A stretch of 36,443 nt of DNA from Candidatus Micrarchaeota archaeon (GCA_043799765.1 JAZDNL010000037.1:1-36443); one strand, 5' to 3'; counted from the first letter of the stretch, positions 25,098 through 33,347 are shown. Program-made: numbers and translations. The notes: generated by a model not told the origin, from the sequence alone.

Positions 25098-25613
25098 ATG
25101 CGGGAACGTCTTATGGAAGTCAGCTACGACGCGCTGAGGCGCGTCCTTCTCGAGGAGCGCAAGGGCAGCGGCTTGCAGCAGTTGGACGACGCGTTTTACT
25201 CGTCGTACCGCGAGCACCTGCGCAAGCTTAGGGCGGGAGCGAACGACGCGCCGGGAATAAAGGCGTTCGACGACATGGCGCGCGCGCTGAAGGAGCTGTC
25301 GTGGCTGCGGCTGAACAAGATAACGCTGAAGGCGCTGCGCGACTCGCAGAAAAACGCGATTGACGGCGACGGGCTCGCCTCTGAAGAAAAAGGGTTTTAT
25401 ACGGACGCAGTCAATATAATGCAGAAATTCGGGGAATGCGCGGACTGCAGTCCGATTGAAAGGAAACGCAGGCTTCGCGCTTGCGCGGACATACCCGCAT
25501 TCGCCTCGCAGGATGGAAGCGGGCTCGGCCCGTTCCGAAAGGGCGAAATTCTCGATGTTCCTGAAGACGCGGGCTCGCTTCTGCTGAAGCGGGCGCTCGC
25601 GGAGGAGATTTGA
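25098..25613 (+). CDS. GINS complex subunit (Gins51/Gins15 type)
   Basis: The N-terminus SYDALRRVLLEERKGSGLQQLDDAFYSSYREHL...LRLNKITLKAL matches the archaeal Gins51 A-domain pattern. The C-terminal part GPFRKGEILDVPEDAGSLLLKRALAEEI is B-domain-like. The gene lies next to primase and eL42/eS27 as in other archaea. Confidence 0.65.
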   Translation: MRERLMEVSYDALRRVLLEERKGSGLQQLDDAFYSSYREHLRKLRAGANDAPGIKAFDDMARALKELSWLRLNKITLKALRDSQKNAIDGDGLASEEKGFYTDAVNIMQKFGECADCSPIERKRRLRACADIPAFASQDGSGLGPFRKGEILDVPEDAGSLLLKRALAEEI

Positions 25614-25614
25614 A

Positions 25615-25902
25615 ATGATAGTACCGAAACAGATAAAGGCGTACTGCCCGAAGTGCCGCAAGCACACTGACCACAAGGTGAAGATCAGCACCAGCAAGTA
25701 CAAGCCCGGCAGAAAGCTCGCGTGGGGAACGCGGAAGCACGAACGCAAGCTCGAGGGCTACCACGGAAAGGTCAAGGGCAAGGCCAAGGTGAAGAAGCAG
25801 GGCATACGCAACAAGATGATGCTTGAGTGCTTGGTGTGCAAGAAGAGGCACGAGCGCGTGATAAGCGGCCGCATGAAGAAAAAGGCGGAAACAGCTAAGT
25901 AA
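25615..25902 (+). CDS. rpl44e: Ribosomal protein eL42 (L44e)
   Basis: MIVPKQIKAYCPKCRKHTDHKV...CLVCKK zinc ribbon. 95 aa. Confidence 0.92.
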   Translation: MIVPKQIKAYCPKCRKHTDHKVKISTSKYKPGRKLAWGTRKHERKLEGYHGKVKGKAKVKKQGIRNKMMLECLVCKKRHERVISGRMKKKAETAK

Positions 25903-25914
25903 ACCGGTGATTGA

Positions 25915-26076
25915 ATGAGCAAATTCCTGCGCGTCCGCTGCGACTGCGGAGAGGACATGGTCGTTTACGGGGATTCGAAAACAGCCGTCTACTGCGAGAA
26001 GTGCGGCAACCTGGTAGCGGAGCCTAAAGGAGGCAGGGCGGTCATTAATTGCCGCATCATAGAAGTGCTTTCATGA
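25915..26076 (+). CDS. rps27e: Ribosomal protein eS27 (S27e)
   Basis: Below the 60-aa cut-off of the ORF track. My translation gives MSKFLRVRCDCGEDMVVYGDSKTAVYCEKCGNLVAEPKGGRAVINCRIIEVLS (C-X-C...C-X2-C zinc ribbon), in the conserved position after eL42. Confidence 0.85.
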   Translation: MSKFLRVRCDCGEDMVVYGDSKTAVYCEKCGNLVAEPKGGRAVINCRIIEVLS

Positions 26077-26861
26077 GAAGCGAGTCGCGGATAACGCGCA
26101 AAAAAGTCAGGCTGAAGGACCCCGTGCTAATCGCGGGGCTTCCCGGAATCGGGTTCGTCGGGAAAATGGCTGTTGACCATCTCGTCGGCACGACCAAGGC
26201 GGAGCACTTCGCCACGCTTTATTCCCCGCACTTCCCGAACCAGGTGCTGGCGATGAAGAGCGGTGCGCTCAAGCCGTTCACGATGAAATTTTACGCGAAA
26301 CGCCTCGGAAAGCGCGACTACGTTTTCCTCCGCGGCGACTTGCAGCCCATTACGGTGGAGGGGCAGTACGAGGTTTCGGCGCGCATCCTTTCGCTCTTCG
26401 GCGATTTGGGCGGGAAGGACGTCATCGCGATGGCCGGCTACGCGGTCAGCAAAGCCGAGGACAGGCGCGCGATATACTGCGCGGGCACGAGCAAGAAATT
26501 CAACGAGGAGATGAAGAAGGCGGGCGCAACCAAGGCGTTCGACAAGATTATCCCGATAGTAGGCATGGCGGGGCTTCTTCCCGCCCTTGCGCGCGGCTAC
26601 GGAATGCGCGGGGCTTGTTTGCTCGTAGAAACTAACGGGCACAATATCGACGGGCACGGGGCTAAGGCGCTCGTGGAACTGCTCGCGCGCTACACGGGGC
26701 AGAAATTCGACACGAAACTTCTTGAGAAGCGCGCCGCGAAGGCCGAAGCGGAACTCACTAAAATGGAGCAGCAGGCGCGCGCGGCGCAGCAGGCTCCGGC
26801 GCCTGCGCAGGCGGTTGACGCGGACCAGACGCGGTTGGACGCGACGCGCTACATACGCTAA
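26073..26861 (+). CDS. PAC2-family proteasome assembly chaperone
   Basis: PVLIAGLPGIGFVGKMAVDHLV and later IVGMAGLLPA, typical of the PAC2/DUF75 family. The ATG at 26073 overlaps the eS27 stop (ATGA). Confidence 0.7.
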   Translation: MRSESRITRKKVRLKDPVLIAGLPGIGFVGKMAVDHLVGTTKAEHFATLYSPHFPNQVLAMKSGALKPFTMKFYAKRLGKRDYVFLRGDLQPITVEGQYEVSARILSLFGDLGGKDVIAMAGYAVSKAEDRRAIYCAGTSKKFNEEMKKAGATKAFDKIIPIVGMAGLLPALARGYGMRGACLLVETNGHNIDGHGAKALVELLARYTGQKFDTKLLEKRAAKAEAELTKMEQQARAAQQAPAPAQAVDADQTRLDATRYIR

Positions 26862-27872
26862 TTAGTAAAGCGTTTCGGCATTCAACGGATAGCTCGTGCA
26901 CTGCCGGATGTCATCAAGCCCCATCGCGCTTTGCGAGATTCTCGAAAATCCGATGCCGCACCCCGAATGGAGAATCGGGTTTTGTTTCACGACGTCCAGA
27001 TAGTCGCCGAATTCGTCTATTGAAACGCCGCGCTTGCTGAGGATGTCGTACATCGGGCTTTCGAGAAGGCGTTTGTAAAGAAGTTCGTAGTCATTTTCGC
27101 GCTCCGCGCTTCCTACGGCTTCGCCGCCGTACGGCATTATCAAGTCCGCGCTGTTCACGACCAGCGGGTTCTCGCGGTTCTGCCGCATGTTGAAGAATTT
27201 AATCGCAGTGGGAAAGTGCGTTATGAAGAGCGGCTTCCCTCCGAGCGCCTGCACGAGGAAGAGTTCGTGCTGCCTTTTGAGGTCGTCGCCCCACGCGATC
27301 TGGAAGTGCGTGTCGGCGAGCATTTCCACGGCAGCGGTGTAGGTCATGCGGTTGAAAGGCGAGAGGTACGTTTCCAATTCTGGGATGTCGCGTCCGAGGA
27401 ATTCAAGCTCGGGACGGGCGTTTTTCAGCGCGCTCTTCAGCATCGCTTTCACCGTGCCTTCCACGTTCATAAGCATGCTCTCGAAATCGCCCTGATGCTC
27501 GAACTCGAGAAGCTGGAACTGGTTCAGGTGGCGCTCGTCCGCGGTTGCCTCGGCGCGGGAGCTCGTAATAACAGTCCAAACCTTTTTGTGGCGCGGAATC
27601 TTCGCCTCCAGATAGAGCTGCCCGGTTTGCGCGAGGTACGCCTGCCTTCCGAAATGCTGAAGGCTGTAAAGCGTGTCAACGTTCTCGCAGGCGCCGGTTA
27701 TGCGCGTTATGGTGGGCACGTCCATCCACGTAAAGCCGTGTTCATGGAAGTACTCGAGCGCGCCCCAGTACAGCGCGTCGTTCACCTTGTCGATTGCCAC
27801 GAACTCGTCGCCGTTTATCTTCTTGAAGCGTCCCTCCGTGCTTTTCAGCATTTCCAGTTGCGCCTGCATCAT
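26862..27872 (-). CDS. Class II aaRS catalytic-core paralogue (AsnRS-like archaeal asparagine synthetase A type), no anticodon-binding domain
   Basis: AYLAQTGQLYLEA, SSRAEATADERHLNQFQLLEFE (motif 2-like) and GCGIGFSRI (motif 3-like). Only 336 aa, with no N-terminal OB fold. Confidence 0.55.
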   Translation of the reverse strand: MMQAQLEMLKSTEGRFKKINGDEFVAIDKVNDALYWGALEYFHEHGFTWMDVPTITRITGACENVDTLYSLQHFGRQAYLAQTGQLYLEAKIPRHKKVWTVITSSRAEATADERHLNQFQLLEFEHQGDFESMLMNVEGTVKAMLKSALKNARPELEFLGRDIPELETYLSPFNRMTYTAAVEMLADTHFQIAWGDDLKRQHELFLVQALGGKPLFITHFPTAIKFFNMRQNRENPLVVNSADLIMPYGGEAVGSAERENDYELLYKRLLESPMYDILSKRGVSIDEFGDYLDVVKQNPILHSGCGIGFSRISQSAMGLDDIRQCTSYPLNAETLY

Positions 27873-27915
27873 TCCACCACCCCGAACCCTCTCAACGGAA
27901 AGGGATATATTGGTT

Positions 27916-27937
27916 TGTTGTAAAAATACTTACAACA
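27916..27937. promoter_or_regulatory. Perfect inverted repeat TGTTGTAA-N6-TTACAACA abutting the TrmB-family gene start (candidate operator)
   Basis: Arms at 27916..27923 and 27930..27937 are exact reverse complements. The repeat ends 1 nt before ATG 27939 and lies downstream of the ATATATT box at 27905..27911. Confidence 0.45.
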
Positions 27938-27938
27938 C

Positions 27939-28652
27939 ATGAAAGAAGAAACGCTGATGAAAGCCGGAGGGTTGTCGCGCAACGAGGCGAAGGTTTACCT
28001 CGCGCTCGTTAAGCTCGGCTCCTCGAAAGCCGGCCGCGTCTCCAAGGAAGCGGCCATAGACCGCACCTCCACCTACAATTCGCTGAAGGGGCTGATGGAG
28101 AAGGGGCTGGCGTCCTACGTCACCATAGGGAAGGTGAAGTGGTTCCAGGCAGCTCACCCGAAGAACATACGCGAATATCTGGAGGGAAAGCTCGAGGTAA
28201 TAGCGGAAATAATGCCCGAATTGGAACGCGAATACTCCGCAGCAAAACTCCAGAACAACGTGCGGCTCTACAAAGGCATGAAGGGCGTCAAAACAGTCCT
28301 GAGAATGGTGCTGGACACGCGGAAGGAAAGCCGCGTGTTCGGCTCGGAAAACCAGCTGGACGAGCGCATGCCGGAGTTCGCGGCGAAATTCAAGGCTCAG
28401 ATGGCGAAGCGGGGGATAAGGACGAGGCGCATAGTGCGAAAAGGAAGGATGGTGGAAAAAGAGGCGTTGCGGGACGTGCGCTTCGTTCCTCTGGAAACCG
28501 AATCTCCCGTCGTTACCAACGTTTTCGGCAACAAGATAGCGATAATCGTGTGGACCGAAACCCCGGAGGCGATACTGATAGACAACGCCGACGCCGCGGA
28601 GGCGTATCGCGGATACTTCGACTTCATGTGGGAACGGGCGGAGAAACGATAA
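27939..28652 (+). CDS. TrmB-family transcriptional regulator
   Basis: N-terminal winged HTH GLSRNEAKVYLALVKLGSSKAGRVSKEAAIDRTSTYNSLKGLMEKGLASYV. 237 aa. Confidence 0.8.
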   Translation: MKEETLMKAGGLSRNEAKVYLALVKLGSSKAGRVSKEAAIDRTSTYNSLKGLMEKGLASYVTIGKVKWFQAAHPKNIREYLEGKLEVIAEIMPELEREYSAAKLQNNVRLYKGMKGVKTVLRMVLDTRKESRVFGSENQLDERMPEFAAKFKAQMAKRGIRTRRIVRKGRMVEKEALRDVRFVPLETESPVVTNVFGNKIAIIVWTETPEAILIDNADAAEAYRGYFDFMWERAEKR

Positions 28653-28653
28653 C

Positions 28654-28923
28654 TCAACGCTTTTTGGATATTTTCATTCCGGTCCGCTTCTCGAACTCCT
28701 TGGCGGAAATTGTCTTTTCCTTGCCGAGTGCGATGTCGCGCTCGATGCGTTTCGCCTCGCGCAGATCCTCCTCGTCCTCCATCTGTTCCAGAAGCTTGTA
28801 CCGGTTGTCGAGCTCCAGCAGACCGAGCATTATTGCGTCAGTTTTCGTCTTGGCGATTCCCGCTTTGACCGCTCCGGCCATTATCTGTTCGGGAATTCCG
28901 ACAAGTTTCACGTTCATGTTCAT
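28654..28923 (-). CDS. Putative ribbon-helix-helix antitoxin-like protein
   Basis: MNMNVKLVGIPEQIMAGAVKAGIAKTKTDAIMLGLLEL fits a strand-helix-helix pattern, followed by an acidic C-terminal tail. The first ATG is at 28923; the TTG at 28947 is the alternative start. Divergent from the RelE-like gene. Confidence 0.4.
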   Translation of the reverse strand: MNMNVKLVGIPEQIMAGAVKAGIAKTKTDAIMLGLLELDNRYKLLEQMEDEEDLREAKRIERDIALGKEKTISAKEFEKRTGMKISKKR

Positions 28924-28952
28924 AAAATCACAATAAATAGCATACAAACCAC

Positions 28953-28960
28953 TATATAAA
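28953..28960 (-). promoter_or_regulatory. TATA box for the RHH antitoxin-like gene
   Basis: TTTATATA on the minus strand, about 30-34 nt upstream of ATG 28923. Confidence 0.35.
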
Positions 28961-29005
28961 GCATACTGGAAGGGATGCCGGCGGCGGTTTAAGGGCGCAC
29001 GCCGC

Positions 29006-29284
29006 GTGCTGCGTTTGGGGGAAAACGTGTCCGACTACGAAGCGATTTTCACGAAAAGCTTTGCCGAGTCGCTGCGAAAACTCGACAGGCACGCTAGGGA
29101 GGTGGCGGAAAAGCGCATAGCGAGGATAATGGAAGCTCCGCTTCTTTCCAAGAACCTCTGCGGCGACGCATTCCGTTTCAGCGAGAGATTCATGGAATAC
29201 CGGATTGTCTTCAAGGTGGAGGGAAGGGCTATAACGTTCCTGCGGCTGGGCAAGCGCGACAACGTCTATTCGCAATCTTTTTAA
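29006..29284 (+). CDS. relE: RelE/ParE-family type II toxin (mRNA interferase)
   Basis: YEAIFTKSFAESLRKLDRHAREVAEKRIARIMEAP...LCGDAFRFSERFMEYRIVFKVEGRAITFLRLGKRDNVY matches the RelE/StbE pattern. The start is GTG 29006 or GTG 29027. Confidence 0.7.
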   Translation: MLRLGENVSDYEAIFTKSFAESLRKLDRHAREVAEKRIARIMEAPLLSKNLCGDAFRFSERFMEYRIVFKVEGRAITFLRLGKRDNVYSQSF

Positions 29285-29313
29285 ACGCCGATTTCCCATA
29301 TATCCTCCACTCA

Positions 29314-29332
29314 TTTTACGCTTGACGTAAAA
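29314..29332 (+). other. Small perfect hairpin TTTTACG-CTTGA-CGTAAAA between relE and rpl30e
   Basis: 7-bp stem and 5-nt loop, read directly. It lies 30 nt after the relE stop and 57 nt before the eL30 ATG. It could be a terminator or a leader element. Confidence 0.3.
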
Positions 29333-29388
29333 GTGGGGAGTAAACCGGTCAGCGGTTTGAGATCCATTAGGATTCAAAGGTATTGCAT

Positions 29389-29700
29389 ATGGCAGGCATA
29401 GAAGTAGACAAGAGCATACGGTTGTGCGTCGACTCCGGCAAGGTGGAGCTGGGCGCGGACAGGACGAAGAAGCTTCTGCTCACAGGCGAGCCGAAGCTCG
29501 TTATCCTCGCCGCGAACTGCCCCGCCAACACCGCGCAGGAGCTCAAGCGCTACGGCGAGCTGGCTGGCGTGCCGATACTCGATTATCCGGGCACGAGCAT
29601 CGAGCTGGGTGTCGTCTGCGGAAGGCCCTTCACGGTCAGCGCGATGGCGGTGCTGAACGCGGGCAATTCCGAGATCATGCAGGCGGTGAAGAAGAAGTGA
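29389..29700 (+). CDS. rpl30e: Ribosomal protein eL30 (L30e)
   Basis: KSIRLCVDSGKVELGADRTKKLLLTGEPKLVILAANCP...VCGRPFTVSAMAV. Located upstream of nusA-S12-S7 as in archaeal operons. Confidence 0.85.
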   Translation: MAGIEVDKSIRLCVDSGKVELGADRTKKLLLTGEPKLVILAANCPANTAQELKRYGELAGVPILDYPGTSIELGVVCGRPFTVSAMAVLNAGNSEIMQAVKKK

Positions 29701-30107
29701 CGGCGAGAACGCTGACGAACGAGGAACTCCAAATAATGAACATGTTCGAGCAGAACACAGGCGCGCGCGCCGAGGACGTGGTAATCGCCACGGACTCGGT
29801 CGTGTTCGTGGTCCAGAAGGGCGATCTCGGCCGCGCGATAGGCAAGCACGGCGCGAACATAGAGCGCCTGCACCGCGTTTTCGGGCGCGAGGTTGAGGTA
29901 GTCGAGAACTCCGACGAAATCGGCGAGTTCGTGGGCAACCTCTTCAGGCCCGCGATGATAGAGAAGCTCGACAACGCTAACGGAACCGTCACGATAAAGG
30001 TGGCGGACAAGGACAAGGGGCTCGCCATAGGCCGCGGAGGGAAGCGCGTGAATCGCGCGCGCATGCTCCTCAAGCGCCTGTTCGACAGCGAGCTGAGGGT
30101 GGTCTAG
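29697..30107 (+). CDS. nusA: Archaeal NusA-like transcription termination/antitermination protein (two KH domains)
   Basis: [14 protein letters not shown] and [14 protein letters not shown] (GXXG KH loops). The GTG at 29697 overlaps the eL30 stop (GTGA). The upstream part of ORF 29424.. is out of context. Confidence 0.8.
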   Translation: MTARTLTNEELQIMNMFEQNTGARAEDVVIATDSVVFVVQKGDLGRAIGKHGANIERLHRVFGREVEVVENSDEIGEFVGNLFRPAMIEKLDNANGTVTIKVADKDKGLAIGRGGKRVNRARMLLKRLFDSELRVV

Positions 30108-30108
30108 G

Positions 30109-30537
30109 ATGGCACGGGGCGAATTCGCAGGAAGGATTCTCAAACTGAAGCGCAAGAAGCACAGGTGGCTCAAGAAGCCGTGGAAGCGCAAGGCTCTCAA
30201 GATCAAGGAGAAGTACGACCCCCTCGAAGGCGCGCCGCAGGCGAAGGGCATCGTGCTGAAGAAGGAAGGCAAGGAGCAGAAGCAACCGCACTCCGGCATC
30301 ATCAAGTGCGTGCGCGTGCAGCTCCTGAAGAACGGCAAGAAGGTGAGCGCGCACGTGCCGAGGGACAAGGCGATTACGAAGATAGACGAGCACGACGAGG
30401 TTACGATAGAGGGATTGGGCGGCTCGCAGCGCGGGCAGATGGGCTCCATCCCCGGCGTCCGCTACCGCGTGGTCGCGGTGAACGGCGTCTCGCTCGAGGA
30501 ACTTAGAACCGGCAGGAAGGAGAAGCCGAAGAGGTAA
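30109..30537 (+). CDS. rps12: Ribosomal protein uS12
   Basis: [15 protein letters not shown]...[15 protein letters not shown]...IPGVRYRVV. 142 aa. Confidence 0.92.
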   Translation: MARGEFAGRILKLKRKKHRWLKKPWKRKALKIKEKYDPLEGAPQAKGIVLKKEGKEQKQPHSGIIKCVRVQLLKNGKKVSAHVPRDKAITKIDEHDEVTIEGLGGSQRGQMGSIPGVRYRVVAVNGVSLEELRTGRKEKPKR

Positions 30538-30543
30538 TGAGAG

Positions 30544-31149
30544 ATGATTGAAACCAAGCTGTTCGGCAAATACTCGTACGACGTCAAGGTGAACGACATC
30601 AGCCTTGCCCAGAACATATCGCTGAAGCCGCTCGAAATCCCGCACACGTTCGCGCGCCACGGGAACAAGCAGTTCGCGAAGGGCAAGGTGAACATAGTCG
30701 AACGCCTCGCAAACAAGCTGATGCGCGGAGGAACCGGCGAGAAAGTGGGAGGACGCGTCATCCGCACGCACGGACGGCTGCAGGGAAAGAAGCTGAAGGT
30801 GCTGAAGGTAATCCGGGACGCGTTCACGGCAATCGAGAAGAAGACCGGGAAAAACCCGCTCCAGTTGCTCGTCGACGCGCTCGAGAACAGCGCGCCTAGT
30901 GAGGACATAACCCGCGTCCGCTTCGGAGGCGTGTCCTACCAGGTTGCGGTTGACATCAGCGCGCAGAGGCGGCTTGACCTGGCTCTTCGTAATGTCGCGC
31001 TGGCGGCAATCATGAGCGCCTTCAACAGCAAGACGACGCTGGCTGAGGCGCTGGCGAACGAGCTCATGCTCGCTGGCATGAACGACCAGACGAGTTACGC
31101 GATTAAGCGCAAGAACGAGATGGAGCGCATCTCGAGGTCCGCGAGGTAA
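30544..31149 (+). CDS. rps7: Ribosomal protein uS7
   Basis: LFGKYSYDVKVNDISL...IVERLANKLMRGG...GGVSYQVAVDISAQRRLDLALRN. 201 aa. Confidence 0.92.
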   Translation: MIETKLFGKYSYDVKVNDISLAQNISLKPLEIPHTFARHGNKQFAKGKVNIVERLANKLMRGGTGEKVGGRVIRTHGRLQGKKLKVLKVIRDAFTAIEKKTGKNPLQLLVDALENSAPSEDITRVRFGGVSYQVAVDISAQRRLDLALRNVALAAIMSAFNSKTTLAEALANELMLAGMNDQTSYAIKRKNEMERISRSAR

Positions 31150-31154
31150 TTTTA

Positions 31155-33341
31155 ATGGCACGAAAGGAAGTCGTAGTCGATGACGTTGTCCGCCTGATGG
31201 CGAACCGCGACAGCATACGCAACATCGGAATCGTCGCGCACGTCGACCATGGAAAGACGACGCTCAGCGACTCGCTCGTCGCGCGCGCAGGACTTATTTC
31301 GAAGGAGCTCGCGGGAGAGCAGCGCGTGCTGGATTACGACGAGCAGGAACAGGCGCGCGGAATCACCATCAAGGCGGCGAACATCTCGCTCGGATTCACC
31401 TACGACGGCCAGGAATACCTCATCAACCTTATCGACACTCCGGGGCACGTGGACTTCGGAGGGCACGTAACCCGTGCCATGCGCGCCGTAGACGGAGTCA
31501 TCCTCGTAGTCGACAGCGTCGAGGCGGTGATGCCCCAAACTGAAACAGTTCTCAGGCAGGCGCTCAAGGAGAAGGTGCGCCCCGTTCTTTTCATCAACAA
31601 GATAGACCGCCTGATAAACGAGCTGAAGCTCGACGCCAAGGGCATGCAGGACAGGTTCATCAAAATCATAACGAGCGTAAACCATCTCATCGAAACGTAC
31701 GGCCCTCCCGAGTTCAAGGAAGACTGGATGATAAAGGTGGAGAAGGGCAACGTCGCTTTCGGGACGGGCTTCCACAAGTGGGCGATCAGCTACCCGCGCA
31801 TGAAGGAAACGGGCATCACGTTCGGCGACATCTACAAGTTCTGCGCCGAGGGCAACCACACGGAGCTGCAGAAGAAGGCGCCTGTCGACGAGGTAATTCT
31901 CGAGATGGCAATCAAGCACCTTCCTTCGCCCAACACGTCGCAGAGATACCGCATCCCCGTCATCTGGCAGGGCGACATCAAAAGCGAGCACGGGCAGGGC
32001 ATGGTGAACTGCGACCCCAATGCAAAAGTCACGTTCATGGTAACCGCCATCCAGGTGGATGAGCACGCCGGCGAAGTCGCAATCGGAAGAATTTATTCGG
32101 GCACCGCCCGCAAGGGAATGGACGTGTACATGGGCTCTCAGTACAAGACTGAGAAGATCCAGGGCGTCGCCATTTACATGGGGCCCGACCGCGTGCCTGT
32201 CGAATTTGCGACTGCCGGGAACATCATCGCGCTCGTAGGTTTGAAGGACGTTTACGCTGGCGAAACGCTTTCGGAAGGCGAGATGGTGCCTTTCGAGAAG
32301 ATCAAGCACCACTCCGAACCCGTCGTCACAAAGAGCATCGAGGCGAAGAACCCGCGCGACCTGGTAAAGCTGATTGACGCCCTTCGTAAGATAGCGAAGG
32401 AAGACCCGACGGTCCGCGTTGAAATCAACCAGGAAACTGGCGAACATTTGCTTTCCGGAATGGGAGAGCTGCATCTCGAAATCATCGAGTACAAGATATC
32501 GCACGAGCGCGGCGTTGCCATAGAGACGTCGCCTCCGATTGTCGTGTATCACGAAACCATCGGCGCGGAAGGCCCCGAGGTCGAGGGAAAATCCCCGAAC
32601 AAGCACAACAAGTTCAAGATACAGGTGGAGCCGCTGCCCGAAACAGTCGTGAAGGCGATAAACGAAGGCGAAATCGACGACAAGACAAAGGGCAAGGACC
32701 TCATCGAGCGCCTGATAAAAGCAGGAATGGAGCGCGACGACGCGAAGAAGGTAATCTGCATGTACGGCAGCAACGCGTTCATCGACTCCACCAAGGGAGT
32801 CCAGGGCCTGCAGGACATCCGCGAGCTTCTCACGGAGGCGTACAAGGACGCGATGAAGGCCGGGCCGCAGGCGAAGGAGTCCTGCATCGGCGTGGTCGTG
32901 CGCCTGAACGACGCCACCATCCACGTGGACCCCGCGCACCGCGGACCCTCGCAGATTATCCCCGCGATTAAGCGGCCGATATTCGCGAGCATGCTGCAGG
33001 CGAAGCCCGCACTGCTCGAACCCAAGCAGAAGCTCGTCGTCACTGCGCCCACCGATTACCTGAGCAACGTCATCAACCAGATTAACGCCCGGCGCGGACA
33101 GGTTACCGACATCCAGCAGGATTTGGGCGCGTCCAACGTGACGGCGAACGTTCCGGTTGCAACCATGTTCGGGTTCGCGAACGACATCCGCGGCGCGACG
33201 CAGGGACGCGCGGCGTGGTATTACGAGTTCCTCGGGTACGAGAAGCTGCCGGGATCGCTGCAGGCGACGACAATCGCGAGCATCCGCAAGCGCAAGGGCG
33301 AGTCCGAGATGGTTCCGACCGCCCGCGATTTCATGGACTGA
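31155..33341 (+). CDS. fusA: Translation elongation factor 2 (aEF-2)
   Basis: IRNIGIVAHVDHGKTTLSD, LIDTPGHVDF and NKIDR GTPase motifs. 728 aa. The last 8 codons plus the stop lie inside the 29-bp direct repeat. Confidence 0.95.
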   Translation: MARKEVVVDDVVRLMANRDSIRNIGIVAHVDHGKTTLSDSLVARAGLISKELAGEQRVLDYDEQEQARGITIKAANISLGFTYDGQEYLINLIDTPGHVDFGGHVTRAMRAVDGVILVVDSVEAVMPQTETVLRQALKEKVRPVLFINKIDRLINELKLDAKGMQDRFIKIITSVNHLIETYGPPEFKEDWMIKVEKGNVAFGTGFHKWAISYPRMKETGITFGDIYKFCAEGNHTELQKKAPVDEVILEMAIKHLPSPNTSQRYRIPVIWQGDIKSEHGQGMVNCDPNAKVTFMVTAIQVDEHAGEVAIGRIYSGTARKGMDVYMGSQYKTEKIQGVAIYMGPDRVPVEFATAGNIIALVGLKDVYAGETLSEGEMVPFEKIKHHSEPVVTKSIEAKNPRDLVKLIDALRKIAKEDPTVRVEINQETGEHLLSGMGELHLEIIEYKISHERGVAIETSPPIVVYHETIGAEGPEVEGKSPNKHNKFKIQVEPLPETVVKAINEGEIDDKTKGKDLIERLIKAGMERDDAKKVICMYGSNAFIDSTKGVQGLQDIRELLTEAYKDAMKAGPQAKESCIGVVVRLNDATIHVDPAHRGPSQIIPAIKRPIFASMLQAKPALLEPKQKLVVTAPTDYLSNVINQINARRGQVTDIQQDLGASNVTANVPVATMFGFANDIRGATQGRAAWYYEFLGYEKLPGSLQATTIASIRKRKGESEMVPTARDFMD

Positions 33342-33343
33342 GG
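33315..33343. repeat. Direct repeat copy 1 (CCGACCGCCCGCGATTTCATGGACTGAGG), the 3' end of aEF-2
   Basis: Perfect 29/29 match to 34018..34046, found by reading both stretches. It covers codons PTARDFMD, the stop and GG. Confidence 0.9.
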
Positions 33344-33347
33344 AAAA

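Noticed and set aside
28952-29377. 141-aa minus-strand ORF across the relE locus
   Set aside because: It is antisense to the RelE-like ORF, which matches a known family pattern. This ORF has no motif or promoter and runs through the intergenic hairpin.
30070-32939. Long minus-strand ORFs 30070..31161 (363 aa) and 31152..32939 (595 aa)
   Set aside because: They are antisense to uS12, uS7 and aEF-2. They are shadow ORFs.
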